Below are positions 40,607-51,090 of a DNA stretch of 64,000 bases, piece after piece. The stretch's first letter is position 1. Every line of letters starts with the position of its first letter. The stretch covers positions 96,001 through 160,000 of the forward strand of contig JBNGBT010000006.1 of NCBI GenBank assembly GCA_049903315.1. The letters run 5' to 3'. The notes beneath the pieces were generated by a model. The model was not told where the DNA came from. It searched no databases and was given only the letters and a program-made list of their open reading frames with translations. A program made the translations under genes and the position numbers. The DNA comes from Candidatus Cloacimonadota bacterium (lineage in GTDB: Bacteria; Cloacimonadota; Cloacimonadia; JGIOTU-2).

Positions 40607-42265
40607 ATGTTTAAAAAAACTACTTTATTACAATTGATTATTGGATTTATTATCATTTCATTATCTTTTCATGTATATGCACAAGCGTCCAATTGGCAGT
40701 GGGCTTATCAGGCTGGAGGATCTGATTCTGACCAGGCGAACAGGATCTATGTTGACGCTGATAACAACTGCTATGTAACAGGCAAGTTCAGAGGTACTAC
40801 CAATTTTGGTTCTCATGTCCTGACCAGTAATGGCTGGGATGATGTCTTTGTTGCGAAACTCGGTCAAAATGGGAACTGGGAGTGGGCAAAGAGTGCAGGA
40901 AGCGGACCGGGGACTTCATCTGATATTGGAAATGGGATAACAGGAGATGCTGCTGGAAATATTTATATCACCGGACAATTCAAGGGAAACGTTGATTTTG
41001 GTTCGTTTCCACTTTTCAGCAACGGCGAATACGATGTTTTCGTTGCAAAGATTGATTCCGATGGAAACTGGCAATGGGCTCGTAGCGCAGGCGGACCTAT
41101 GGGTGATGCCGGAAGAGGTATTGCTGTGGATGATGATTCAAATGTATATGTAACTGGTGAATTTTGGGATACCGTACAATTTGGAACATATTCTGTTACC
41201 AGTTCCGGCGCAAGTGACATGTTTGTTGCAAAACTAAACAACTATGGTCAATGGGAATGGGCTGAAAGCGCTGGAGGTCTAGGGGAAGTCTATGGACGAG
41301 GAATTGCAGTCGATGGCTCAGGTAACTGTTATACAACAGGGCTTTTTTACAACACAGCAAATTTCGGCACACATTCAATTAGCAGTAGCGGATCGTCAGA
41401 TGTATATGTTGCAAAACTTGGCTCTGATAATACCTGGCAGTGGGCTGTGGATTGTGGAGGTTCACAAACAGATTACGTAGAGAGAGTATCTCTCGATGGG
41501 ATAGGGAATCCATACATTGTGGGCAGTTTTAAATCCGTTGCGACTTTTGGCTATTCCTATCTCAGCAGTCTTGGTGATTATGATATTTTCGTTGCAAAAC
41601 TCGATCAAACAGGAAACTGGCTATGGGCGAGTCAGGCAGGAGGAGTTCAGAAGGATTATGGTTATGATATTTCAACTGATATTGCTGGAAATTCTTACAT
41701 AACAGGTTATTTTAAAGATACTGCTTATTTTGGTTCTTGTAATATTACTAGCAGCGGTTTGTATGATGTGTGTGTCGCAAAGCTTGGTGATGATGGCACC
41801 TGGCTGTGGGCAGAAGATGCAGGTGGAACAGGGTGGTGCGAAGGTCATGGAATTGGTCTTGATAATGATGAGAATTGTTGCGTGACGGGCTTCTTCCAGG
41901 GAACCGCTTATTTTGGTACGAATTCCGTAGTAAGCAGTGGAAGTAATGATGTTTTTGTTGCGAAAATTGGTGATTCCGTTTCATCAGATCCTGAAATTAA
42001 TCCGGATGCGTTAAATCTATCTCATTATCCCAATCCAATTAATATGCATGCGATAATCAGTTATTCCCTCAGACAATCAACTCCAGTTTCTTTAGAAATC
42101 TACAATCTAAAAGGACAATTAGTTGAAACATTGTTCGATGATAATATTCAAGCAGGAGATCATACGATTGATTGGAATTGTCAAAATGTTCCAACAGGCA
42201 TGTATTTCCTTAAAATGAAAACAGGTAATGAAGAAAGCATAAGGAAGATGATTTTGTTGAGATAA
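40607..42265 (+). CDS. Secreted SBBP beta-propeller repeat protein with C-terminal sorting (T9SS-A/FlgD-like) domain
   Basis: Signal peptide; ~7 repeats W.WA..AGG...D.G..I..D..GN.Y.TG.F.....FG...S.G..D.FVAK; YPNP...IYNLKGQLV...GMYF...KMILLR. Confidence 0.85.
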   Translation: MFKKTTLLQLIIGFIIISLSFHVYAQASNWQWAYQAGGSDSDQANRIYVDADNNCYVTGKFRGTTNFGSHVLTSNGWDDVFVAKLGQNGNWEWAKSAGSGPGTSSDIGNGITGDAAGNIYITGQFKGNVDFGSFPLFSNGEYDVFVAKIDSDGNWQWARSAGGPMGDAGRGIAVDDDSNVYVTGEFWDTVQFGTYSVTSSGASDMFVAKLNNYGQWEWAESAGGLGEVYGRGIAVDGSGNCYTTGLFYNTANFGTHSISSSGSSDVYVAKLGSDNTWQWAVDCGGSQTDYVERVSLDGIGNPYIVGSFKSVATFGYSYLSSLGDYDIFVAKLDQTGNWLWASQAGGVQKDYGYDISTDIAGNSYITGYFKDTAYFGSCNITSSGLYDVCVAKLGDDGTWLWAEDAGGTGWCEGHGIGLDNDENCCVTGFFQGTAYFGTNSVVSSGSNDVFVAKIGDSVSSDPEINPDALNLSHYPNPINMHAIISYSLRQSTPVSLEIYNLKGQLVETLFDDNIQAGDHTIDWNCQNVPTGMYFLKMKTGNEESIRKMILLR

Positions 42266-42422
42266 TTTATTGACATATTTTTTTGAATATTCAAACAAAG
42301 TAGTACTGTACTGGTTGGTAATTTTCATGAGGACATTTGACGCTGTTAGTTTAGCTGGAAAGCATTAAAAAAGTAAGAATTAGATTGTATTATTGATCAA
42401 AAAACTAACTAAGGAGTGCAAC

Positions 42423-44102
42423 ATGTTGAAAAAAATTACTGGTTTACAATTAACGCTAAAGTATACCGTTTCTTTACTCGTGCTACTATTAATTTCATCA
42501 TTCCTCTATGCGCAAACGCCTGACTGGCAATGGGCCGTAGGTGCTGGAGGTAGTCAGAATGATATAGGCAATAAAATCTGTATTGATAACTTGGATAATT
42601 GCTACGTGACAGGAAGCTTTAGTGGAACTGCAAATTTTGGAACTCACTCTATAACCAGTAGTGGTGGGAGTGATATTTTTGCTGCGAAATGTGATAATAA
42701 TGGTAATTGGTTGTGGGCTGCGAGCGCTGGAGGTCCGAGTCTCTATGATTCAGGACAAGATATTGCAGTGGATCCAAACGGAAATGTATATGTGGTTGGT
42801 TATTTTCAAGAAACAGCCAATTTTGGCTCCTATTCTGTTACCAGCAATGGTGGGAATGATATGTTTGTTGCTAAATTAGATGTTGATGGAAATTGGAAAT
42901 GGGCAAAAAGTGCAGGAAGTGCGAATTACGATTCCGGACTTTCAATTTCTGTTGATGATAATTGTAATATTTATACCACCGGCTTTTATTATGATACTGT
43001 TAATTTCGGAACCTACTCTATTACAAGTTCAGCATGGTCTGATGTATTTGTAGCGAAACTAGATCATAATGGGAATTGGCAATGGGCATCAAGTGGTGGT
43101 GGTGATGGATCCGATGATGGACGGGGAATTATTGCAAATAATACAGGAAGCTGTTATGTGTGCGGAGATATTGCAGGTACTGCTGCCAATTTTGGAACAC
43201 ATTCGGTTGTTACGAACGGTTCTGCTGATGCTTTTATTGCCAAAATCGATACTGATGGAAACTGGGAATTGGCAGCGAGTGGTGGTGGTTCGGAATGGGA
43301 TACTGGCTATGCAGTCGATATTGATGGAATGGAAAATTCTTATGTAACCGGTCGTTTTGCGTCCACTGCAACATTTGGATCATCGACTATTACAAGCTAT
43401 GGTGATAATGACATGTTTATAGCCAAACTCGGTCAAGACGGAAATTGGCAATGGGCGAAAAATGCCGGAAGTATACAGAAAGATGAAGGTTATGACGTTG
43501 CGACAGATGCAGGTGGCGGTTGTTTTTTAACTGGATTTTTCCAGGATACAATTTATTTTGGAGTGCTGAGCTTGATGGGATGGTCAGAAAGAAATATTTT
43601 TACAGCTAAGATTGATGCTGACGGGAACTGGGAATGGGCAGATGGCGCAGGAGGCAGCTGTGGAGATGAGTGGGACGAAGGTCACGGTATTGCATTAAAT
43701 AATAGGGGTACATGTAAGGTAACTGGTCAGTTTTATGATACAGTTTATATTGGAATGCTTCATGTTTCAAGTAGCGGTTCTGCAGATATATTTGTCGCGA
43801 ATATGGAAATTCAAGTAGATGCAGATCAGGAAGTAAATAATCCGTTATCTTCAATAAGTATTCAACCTAATCCAGCTAAACGTCATGCATCTATTAGTTA
43901 TTCAATAGATCAAGTAACTCCAGTTTCTTTAGAAATCTACAATCTCAAAGGACAGCTAGTCGAAACATTGCTCGATGATAATTTGCAAGCTGGCGATCAT
44001 ACCGTCGCGTGGCATTGCCAGAATGTTCCGGCAGGGATATATTTTCTGAAAATGATTGCAGGAAATGAAGAAAGCATAAGGAAGATGATTTTGTTGAGAT
44101 AA
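42423..44102 (+). CDS. Second, tandem paralogous SBBP beta-propeller protein with C-terminal sorting domain
   Basis: Same repeat architecture; C-terminal domain nearly identical to that of the upstream gene. Confidence 0.85.
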   Translation: MLKKITGLQLTLKYTVSLLVLLLISSFLYAQTPDWQWAVGAGGSQNDIGNKICIDNLDNCYVTGSFSGTANFGTHSITSSGGSDIFAAKCDNNGNWLWAASAGGPSLYDSGQDIAVDPNGNVYVVGYFQETANFGSYSVTSNGGNDMFVAKLDVDGNWKWAKSAGSANYDSGLSISVDDNCNIYTTGFYYDTVNFGTYSITSSAWSDVFVAKLDHNGNWQWASSGGGDGSDDGRGIIANNTGSCYVCGDIAGTAANFGTHSVVTNGSADAFIAKIDTDGNWELAASGGGSEWDTGYAVDIDGMENSYVTGRFASTATFGSSTITSYGDNDMFIAKLGQDGNWQWAKNAGSIQKDEGYDVATDAGGGCFLTGFFQDTIYFGVLSLMGWSERNIFTAKIDADGNWEWADGAGGSCGDEWDEGHGIALNNRGTCKVTGQFYDTVYIGMLHVSSSGSADIFVANMEIQVDADQEVNNPLSSISIQPNPAKRHASISYSIDQVTPVSLEIYNLKGQLVETLLDDNLQAGDHTVAWHCQNVPAGIYFLKMIAGNEESIRKMILLR

Positions 44103-44120
44103 ATTCAATATACATTTATT

Positions 44121-44187
44121 AAGGACTGTTGTCGGAATAGTGCGAGAGCACCCGGGAAGTATTTCGCGACGGTCCTTTCTTTATTTA
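44121..44187 (+). terminator. Long branched stem-loop, probable terminator
   Basis: AAGGACTGTTG(T)CGGAATA pairs with TATTTCGCGACGGTCCTT using G-U wobbles; T-rich tail. Confidence 0.55.
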
Positions 44188-44447
44188 TGATATTCAAAAT
44201 CCATCTTTACGACGGGATAAACCTGTCTCTACTCTTTTTTCTTTTTTATCATTTTCTTATTCTCATTTTCCTCATCTCTCTTCACTCCACTCTTTTCAAC
44301 TTTTCAACCTTATAACCTTCCAACCTTTACACTTTCTCACTTTCTAACCTTTACACTCAATTTTTATAAATCCTTGACGGACGATTTGACATTTAAAATT
44401 TTTTTCCCTATTATATAAAAAATCAATATAAGGAGAGTTCATTCATT

Positions 44448-45410
44448 ATGATCAAGGTTCAAAATCTCACAAAGGATTACGGACACTTGCGTGCGGTGGA
44501 TAACATCTCATTCACCATACCAAAGAGCGGGATCATTGGAATTCTCGGTCCAAATGGCGCGGGAAAAACAACCACACTCAAGATGATGACCTGCTTTATG
44601 CCTCCTACAGAAGGAACTGTGTTCATAGATGACAAGAACATCTATCAGAATTCAGTTGAGATCCGCAAAATGATCGGATACCTTCCGGAGGGCTGTCCTA
44701 TTTACACAGAGATGAATGTTGTTGATTTTCTCTATTTTATAGCAGAATTGCGCGATATTCCAAAAGATTCTGTGAACAGTAGAGTAAAAGAAATGATCGC
44801 ATCCTGCGGCTTGGAAGAAGTTGTGGGAAAAGAGATCGGGGAGTTATCAAAAGGATACAGGCAGCGTGTCGGGCTTGCTGCTGCACTCATTCATGACCCG
44901 GAAATTCTTATCCTGGACGAGCCCACTTCCGGTCTCGATCCTAACCAGATCGCTGAAATACGATCACTTATTAAACAGCTTGGAAAAGAAAAAACAGTAC
45001 TTGTCTCCACTCATATTCTCAGTGAAGTGGAAGCGATTTGCGAGCGCGTGATCATTATCGACAGAGGAAAGATCGTTGCCGACGCATCGCTCCAGGAAAT
45101 TCAAAACTCTTTCCACAATCAGAACAGGATCTATTTTGAAATCCAATCTAAAAAAGATGCAGATATCCTCCCGGAATTTGAAGCGATAGCAGGTGTCGAA
45201 AGCTTGCAACTCTTCAGCAAGCACGAAGACGAACTCATCACAAAATTCTTCATCAATTATTCCAAAGATATGGATATTCGTCCGGCATTGTATAATTTCA
45301 TTAAAAAGAACAAGGATTGGACAATTCTTGAAATGAGAACAGAACAGCATAGTCTGGAAGATATCTTCAGACAACTGACGGAAAAAGGAGAGGAGGTCGC
45401 ACATGCATAA
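44448..45410 (+). CDS. ABC transporter ATP-binding protein (GldA-like)
   Basis: GPNGAGKTT, LSKGYRQRVGLA, LDEPTSGLDPNQ, STHILSEV. Confidence 0.92.
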   Translation: MIKVQNLTKDYGHLRAVDNISFTIPKSGIIGILGPNGAGKTTTLKMMTCFMPPTEGTVFIDDKNIYQNSVEIRKMIGYLPEGCPIYTEMNVVDFLYFIAELRDIPKDSVNSRVKEMIASCGLEEVVGKEIGELSKGYRQRVGLAAALIHDPEILILDEPTSGLDPNQIAEIRSLIKQLGKEKTVLVSTHILSEVEAICERVIIIDRGKIVADASLQEIQNSFHNQNRIYFEIQSKKDADILPEFEAIAGVESLQLFSKHEDELITKFFINYSKDMDIRPALYNFIKKNKDWTILEMRTEQHSLEDIFRQLTEKGEEVAHA

Positions 45411-46119
45411 CATCATGACCATCGCAAAACGTGAAATCAAGAGCTATTTCTTTACTCCTGTTGCGTACATTCTTATGACCTTTTTTCTGCTCATTACCGG
45501 CTGGTTTTTTGCATCAGAGCTCTTCCTTGTCAACGAAGCAACAATGCGAAATATTTTTTCACTCACTCCGCTTATCTTCATTTTCTTTATTCCTGCAGTT
45601 ACCATGCGCTCGATCTCGGAAGAAAAACGCTCAGGCACGATCGAACTGATATGTACATCTCCTGTGAAGGACTCGCAGATCGTACTCGGAAAATTCTTTG
45701 CTGCATTGTCGCTTCTTGTTGCAACTATTTTCTCGACAGTAATATATGTAATTATACTTCTCATTCTCGGCAAACCGGACGGAGGGGTGATCGTCGCAGG
45801 ATATATAGGTTTGCTTTTTATGGGATCCGCATATGCTGCGATCGGTATTTTTGCAAGCACGATCTCAAAGAACCAGATCGTATCCTTCATGGTGTCTTTC
45901 TTCATCATTATGATTTTGTACCTGCTTGATAAATTCATGTATTTCATTCCCACATGGCTCGGTTCGATTCTTCAATACATCAGTGTTGACTATCATTTTC
46001 AGAATATTGCACGCGGCGTGATCGATTCGCGCGATATCATATATTACCTCTCACTGATCTTCATATTTCTCTTCTTTGCCTGGAATTCACTCACCAAACG
46101 AAAATATCTCTCAAAGTAG
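45403..46119 (+). CDS. ABC-2 permease (GldF-like)
   Basis: REIKSYF.TP.AY, PAVTMR.ISEEKRSGTIEL, RGVIDSRD..YY. Confidence 0.88.
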   Translation: MHNIMTIAKREIKSYFFTPVAYILMTFFLLITGWFFASELFLVNEATMRNIFSLTPLIFIFFIPAVTMRSISEEKRSGTIELICTSPVKDSQIVLGKFFAALSLLVATIFSTVIYVIILLILGKPDGGVIVAGYIGLLFMGSAYAAIGIFASTISKNQIVSFMVSFFIIMILYLLDKFMYFIPTWLGSILQYISVDYHFQNIARGVIDSRDIIYYLSLIFIFLFFAWNSLTKRKYLSK

Positions 46120-46132
46120 AAAGGAGCACATC

Positions 46133-47698
46133 ATGGGAAAATTAAACAATACATCAAAAATAATTTTAGTGTTCGTGATAGTGGTTCTTATTAACCTTAT
46201 TTCTCTCTACCTTTTTACAAGATTAGATCTCACTGCAGACAGACGATTTTCTATCTCAAATTATAGTAAAGAACTGGTAAGAAATCTCGATGATAAGTTT
46301 ACCATAAAATGTTACTTTTCTAATGATATTCCCTATCCCTACAACACTATCCGCAGGGATGTGAAAGATAAACTCGAGGAATTTAAGGCATTTGCAAGCA
46401 GATATTTCCAGTTTGAATTCGTCAAAGCTGAAGATGAAGAGAATTTGGCGCTGGATGCACGAAATTTTGGCATACCGGAAATCCAACTCAACACAATTGA
46501 GAACGATCAGATACAGATAAAAAAGGTCGTGATGGGAATGGTCTTCATGTATGAAGATAAAACAGAAGTGCTTCCTATCGTGCAGGATACAAGAAACTTG
46601 GAGTATGAGATCGCTTCAAAGATGAACAAGCTGATCAAAGTAGCACTCCCCACTGTTGCATTTCTGCAGGGACATGATGAGATCCTCTTCCCGGATAAGA
46701 TGCAGAAGATCCAGCAGATGCTTCAGGCAAACTATAATCTGAAACCTGTAAATCTGAAAGAAGATCCAGCTGGTTTGAATGATACTGAAATTCTCGTGAT
46801 TGCAGGACCCAAAACCGTCATTCCCGATGATGAGAAATATCTCATCGACCAGTTCATTATGTCTGGGAAAAAGGTGATGTTCCTTATGGATAATATTCAG
46901 GCAGACATCAATACCGGACAGGCAACTTTCTATGAGAATGATATGAACGACTGGTTCAAGAATTACGGATTCGAGATCAAACGAAACCTGATATTCGACA
47001 TGAAATGTTCATCTATACAGGTACGCCAGCAATACCAGGGCGGATATAGTATCAGTTATATACAATATCCTTTCATACTTGATCTGGCAGATTTGAACAG
47101 GGATAATATCATAGTAAAAGATCTGAAATCCCTCATGATGGCGTTTGCGAGCTCAGTAGAAACATCCAGTGTTGAGAATGACAGTTTAGATGTGACATGG
47201 CTCGCACAAACTTCGGAGCGATGCGGCACACAGGTCGGCACTCTGAATATTAATCTTCAATACAAGATACCTCTCAATCAATATAATAGAGCTCATCTGC
47301 CTGTTGCTGCAATCCTGATGGGTAAATATAACAGTTATTTTGCAGAAAGGGGTATGCCCGACAGCATCGATACATCTGGCTTTATGAAAACTGGTATGAC
47401 TTCACGCATACTTGCTGCAGGGAATGCAAGCTTCATTATGGATGATTTTGCAAACCAGAATAACGCAACTTTCTTTGCCAATGTTGTGGACTGGATGGCT
47501 CAGGAAAAAGGACTGATTGAGATTCGTTCCAAAAATATTGCGTCCCGTCAACTCAAAGAAGTGTCTGACGGCTCGAAAGGAACGATTAAATTCATCGCTG
47601 TACTCCTTCCTCCAATCCTTGTGATCCTGATCGGCATTCTTTTCTGGCGTCTCAAAAAAGCTCGATATGCACGAATTCAGCGTTATATGGGGGTGTAG
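46133..47698 (+). CDS. GldG-like ABC auxiliary component
   Basis: RLDLTAD.RFS.S, LEYEI, FLQGHDE, IDQFIM.G; N- and C-terminal TM helices. Confidence 0.85.
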   Translation: MGKLNNTSKIILVFVIVVLINLISLYLFTRLDLTADRRFSISNYSKELVRNLDDKFTIKCYFSNDIPYPYNTIRRDVKDKLEEFKAFASRYFQFEFVKAEDEENLALDARNFGIPEIQLNTIENDQIQIKKVVMGMVFMYEDKTEVLPIVQDTRNLEYEIASKMNKLIKVALPTVAFLQGHDEILFPDKMQKIQQMLQANYNLKPVNLKEDPAGLNDTEILVIAGPKTVIPDDEKYLIDQFIMSGKKVMFLMDNIQADINTGQATFYENDMNDWFKNYGFEIKRNLIFDMKCSSIQVRQQYQGGYSISYIQYPFILDLADLNRDNIIVKDLKSLMMAFASSVETSSVENDSLDVTWLAQTSERCGTQVGTLNINLQYKIPLNQYNRAHLPVAAILMGKYNSYFAERGMPDSIDTSGFMKTGMTSRILAAGNASFIMDDFANQNNATFFANVVDWMAQEKGLIEIRSKNIASRQLKEVSDGSKGTIKFIAVLLPPILVILIGILFWRLKKARYARIQRYMGV

Positions 47699-47740
47699 GA
47701 TGAAAAACAGAAAATTCAGCATTCACAAGGAGGAGCTCAA

Positions 47741-48655
47741 ATGAAGAAATCTTTGATCTGGCTCATAGTCATTGTCGTTTTACTTGCAATCATATATTTC
47801 GTGATAAAAGGTTTTGAGCCCAAACTTGAGCGAGGTGAGGATTCTGGATTTGCGGGATTCACAAAAGATGGTGTCACAAAGATTGAGATCACAAGTCCAA
47901 CTGGAGAAAATGATGTCACTCTCCAAAGAGATGATATTTGGGAGATCAGCTATCCGATTGAATATTCAGCTGACGAAAAAGCCATTGAAAGACTCATAAA
48001 AACTCTCACTGATATGAACTTTATTACTATTGTTTCTGAAAATCCAGAGAAGCAGGACATCTTTGAAGTAACTCAGGAAACAGGCCGTGATATTAAGGTG
48101 TACAAGGGAGATGTGCCGGTGCTTCATTTCTTTGTTGGTAAAACTGATCAGTCAAGAATGAATACCTATATCAGAGAAGCAAATTCGGATAAAGTTTTTG
48201 CAGTTCATGGAAATCTTACGTATACATTTAATCGTCCAGTTGACCAGTGGCGGGATATGTCGATCGTAAGCATTCCGGAAAATGATCTTCAACAGCTTGA
48301 GGTTGCATGGGGAGATACCACTGTCGTGTACACACTCATAGATACATTGTGGTCAATCGTACAGGATGATGAGTATATGGAGCTGCACCAGAAAAAGCTT
48401 TCCTCGATAATAAAGGCGTTCTCGCCATTGCGCGCTTCCGGATTCCAGGATGAACCGGTAGAACTTGATTGGAAAAATCCGGATGTTGTTTTGTATATTC
48501 GTTCATTAAGTGGTCCTGAATATGTATGCAGATTCATCGAAAAGGATGATAAGCAGTATTATGCAAAACAGGATGATTTCGAGCAGGTGTTCCTTGTCTC
48601 GAAATATACCGCTGATAGGTTTATGAAGAAGTATTCTGATTATCAAAATATGTAA
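47741..48655 (+). CDS. DUF4340-like membrane-anchored protein
   Basis: N-terminal anchor, W.I..P..Y.AD, YIR, WRD; usual fourth gene after GldAFG-like genes. Confidence 0.7.
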   Translation: MKKSLIWLIVIVVLLAIIYFVIKGFEPKLERGEDSGFAGFTKDGVTKIEITSPTGENDVTLQRDDIWEISYPIEYSADEKAIERLIKTLTDMNFITIVSENPEKQDIFEVTQETGRDIKVYKGDVPVLHFFVGKTDQSRMNTYIREANSDKVFAVHGNLTYTFNRPVDQWRDMSIVSIPENDLQQLEVAWGDTTVVYTLIDTLWSIVQDDEYMELHQKKLSSIIKAFSPLRASGFQDEPVELDWKNPDVVLYIRSLSGPEYVCRFIEKDDKQYYAKQDDFEQVFLVSKYTADRFMKKYSDYQNM

Positions 48656-48678
48656 GAATATACTTTAATAAATATAAT

Positions 48679-48714
48679 AAAGACCTTTGAGTTTTGCTCG
48701 AGGGTCTTTTTTTT
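48679..48714 (+). terminator. Intrinsic terminator
   Basis: AAAGACCTTTGAG-TTTTG-CTCGAGGGTC followed by T8. Confidence 0.8.
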
Positions 48715-48860
48715 GCCACGAAGGCACGAAGACACAAAGCAAACTCAGCAATATAATCTTTGCCACGAAGACACAAATAAATAAAAATTTCTCTGACTAC
48801 TAAACAGGGGCTTGGTAACGAGAATTGAGAGGGTATGACAAGATTGCGGGGAATTGGATG

Positions 48861-49196
48861 CTAAGAAAACAAAAACAAAATAACGCCAACTGCTCCACGG
48901 ACTACACCGATAGATGCGACAAATATGTAGAACCAGTTCGCATCAGGAAGATGCATATAGGTCAACACCATAATGATTGCGACTATGATACCTTCGTAGC
49001 TATTTGATTTTTGTAAAAGCGATTCTTCACGCTCATCTGGTTTATACTTTGCCTGCACAAGTATCAGGGCTATCAGGAAGGGAATAAAGCCGATTATGAC
49101 ACCGTAAATATCGTACTTCACACACGCGAAATACGTAAGGATCCCGGAAAGGAACTGGATCACGAACATAAGAATGTAATTGCCTTTAATTTTCAT
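48861..49196 (-). CDS. Hypothetical 4-TM membrane protein
   Basis: Four hydrophobic helices with a DEREE loop; coupled to the upstream Xre gene. Confidence 0.65.
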   Translation of the reverse strand: MKIKGNYILMFVIQFLSGILTYFACVKYDIYGVIIGFIPFLIALILVQAKYKPDEREESLLQKSNSYEGIIVAIIMVLTYMHLPDANWFYIFVASIGVVRGAVGVILFLFS

Positions 49197-49404
49197 TGTT
49201 GTTCTCCTTATTTAGATAAAAAATTTCTTCGACAGTTGTGTTAAAAAATGCAGCAATTTTTAACGCCGAGTGCACTGAGGGAATAAATTTTCCCCTTTCG
49301 ATTGAATGAATTGTCTGCCTGCTCAATTCAACCGATTTCCCGAGCTCGTCTTGAGTGATATCAAACTTAGCTCTCCAAACTTTCAAATGATTTCCGATTT
49401 TCAT
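49186..49404 (-). CDS. Xre-family HTH regulator
   Basis: ITQDELG..V.LSRQTI.SIERGK..PS...ALKIA..F...VEEIF. Confidence 0.9.
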   Translation of the reverse strand: MKIGNHLKVWRAKFDITQDELGKSVELSRQTIHSIERGKFIPSVHSALKIAAFFNTTVEEIFYLNKENNNEN

Positions 49405-49656
49405 TTTATCTCCTTGGTGTCAGATGAAAAGTCTACATGATATTATGTCAAGTATAATTTACAATTTATAATGTGTAACGTACCTCATCGTTCAAGATAG
49501 ATGCGAATTATCTCTTCCTTCATTTGTGATTGAAGAACGGATTTTCGATATGGGATGATGCTGATTGGTCAAACTTCTTGACAGAACAATGAATAAAAAA
49601 AAGAGAAAATTGTAAGGAAGAAAATAAATAGTATCAGAGAATATTCTGTTAAGGAA

Positions 49657-50127
49657 ATGAACATGTTTAGAGAAATGAGAAGACAGGACAGGAAAATAAA
49701 TACCAAAGAAGCCCAAAAGTTATTAACAAATGCTGAATATGGCATACTCTCAACTATCAATGCAGACGACTATCCATATGGAGTGCCGGTTCATTTTGTT
49801 TTCAAAAACGAAGCAATATACATTCACTGCGCAGCAGAAGGTCAAAAACTGGATAATATTACGAAAAATCCAAAAGTCTCATTTTGTGTGGTTGGTCAAA
49901 CAGAAGTTGTACCAGATGAATTTACTGCAAATTATACAAGTGTTATTTTATTTGGAAAAGCTGAATTGATAAAAGGTAACGAAAAGCATGATGCGCTGGT
50001 TTTGATACTGGAAAAATATTCACCGGATTATATGCATAAGGGAGAAGAACTGATTGCGAAAGCAAAGGATGAAGTTGCAGTCATTAAAATTTCGATCGAG
50101 CATATGAGTGGAAAAGCACGAAGGTAA
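49657..50127 (+). CDS. Pyridoxamine 5'-phosphate oxidase-like flavin-binding protein (NimA-like)
   Basis: MRRQDR, PYGVP, IYIHCA.EG.K.DNI..NPKVSFCV, Y.SVI.FG, SGK. Confidence 0.85.
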   Translation: MNMFREMRRQDRKINTKEAQKLLTNAEYGILSTINADDYPYGVPVHFVFKNEAIYIHCAAEGQKLDNITKNPKVSFCVVGQTEVVPDEFTANYTSVILFGKAELIKGNEKHDALVLILEKYSPDYMHKGEELIAKAKDEVAVIKISIEHMSGKARR

Positions 50128-50146
50128 ATGTAAGTAAATTTTTATA

Positions 50147-51034
50147 TCAAGGCGTTATAAGCTGTATCCTATGGGGTAAAATCTTCACATAGATGTTCTT
50201 TTTATCCTTGATAAGTGGTATCTCACCATCAAGATAGAGCGGCAGGTCGCGCTGAGCTTCAATAAAAATTTCTTTACCCCTGTAGAGGTGAGCTGCAGAA
50301 AGTTCCGTATGCGTTCCCTTCACTGCTTTGGGAATGAACTTCAGTATTTTTCTTCGTGAGAGTTTATCAATTATACAAAAGTCGAATTCCTCATCATCTA
50401 TCTTGGCATCGGGCGTGAGGTAAAATTGTCCGCCGCAGCAGATACCGTTTCCTACAGTAACAAAAAGTGCATCCTGCGTAAAAGTTTCACCATTTATGGT
50501 AAGTGTCACATAATAGCTGTCTTTTCTGATGAGGGCTTTCATCACGGCATACATGTAGCCTGGGAATCCGTTGAGCCATTTGTTTTTTATATAAGAGATC
50601 GCAACCTGTGCATCGAAACCGACCCCGAGTGTATTAATGAAATAATAATCCTCCACCTGCCCGATATCGACACATTTTACATGATGATTCTTGATTACTT
50701 CTATGATGTCATGCAATTTATGAGGGAGATCCAGGTTTTTTGCAAAATCATTTCCGCCGCCAATTGGGATAATGCCAAGATTCACATTTTCAGGATAGCC
50801 GGACTTCATAATGCCATTAACCACTTCATTGATTGTGCCGTCGCCGCCAGCTGCAATAATATTTTCCACTCCCTGAACAACGGCTTCGTGTGCAAAATCT
50901 ATTGCCTGTCGGGAGCAATCCGTTAGTACCAGCTCGTAGGGCATATTGAATTTTTTGAAATAGTGCTCGATCGTGCGGACACTCTTGAATGCTTTTCCTT
51001 TTCCAGCAAATGGATTCAGTATTATTTTATACAT
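50147..51034 (-). CDS. Diacylglycerol/lipid kinase family (YegS/DgkB)
   Basis: NPFAGKG, AGGDGTINEV, P.GGGNDFA, G.GFDA, DGE. Confidence 0.9.
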   Translation of the reverse strand: MYKIILNPFAGKGKAFKSVRTIEHYFKKFNMPYELVLTDCSRQAIDFAHEAVVQGVENIIAAGGDGTINEVVNGIMKSGYPENVNLGIIPIGGGNDFAKNLDLPHKLHDIIEVIKNHHVKCVDIGQVEDYYFINTLGVGFDAQVAISYIKNKWLNGFPGYMYAVMKALIRKDSYYVTLTINGETFTQDALFVTVGNGICCGGQFYLTPDAKIDDEEFDFCIIDKLSRRKILKFIPKAVKGTHTELSAAHLYRGKEIFIEAQRDLPLYLDGEIPLIKDKKNIYVKILPHRIQLITP

Positions 51035-51090
51035 TATTATTCTCCATACAATACCATGTTTCGGAATTTGTTGAGATCAAACAAAAAAAA

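Noticed and set aside
44448..48655. Evidence for gliding motility
   Set aside because: GldAFG-like ABC systems are widespread in non-gliding bacteria, and no motor genes are present in the window.
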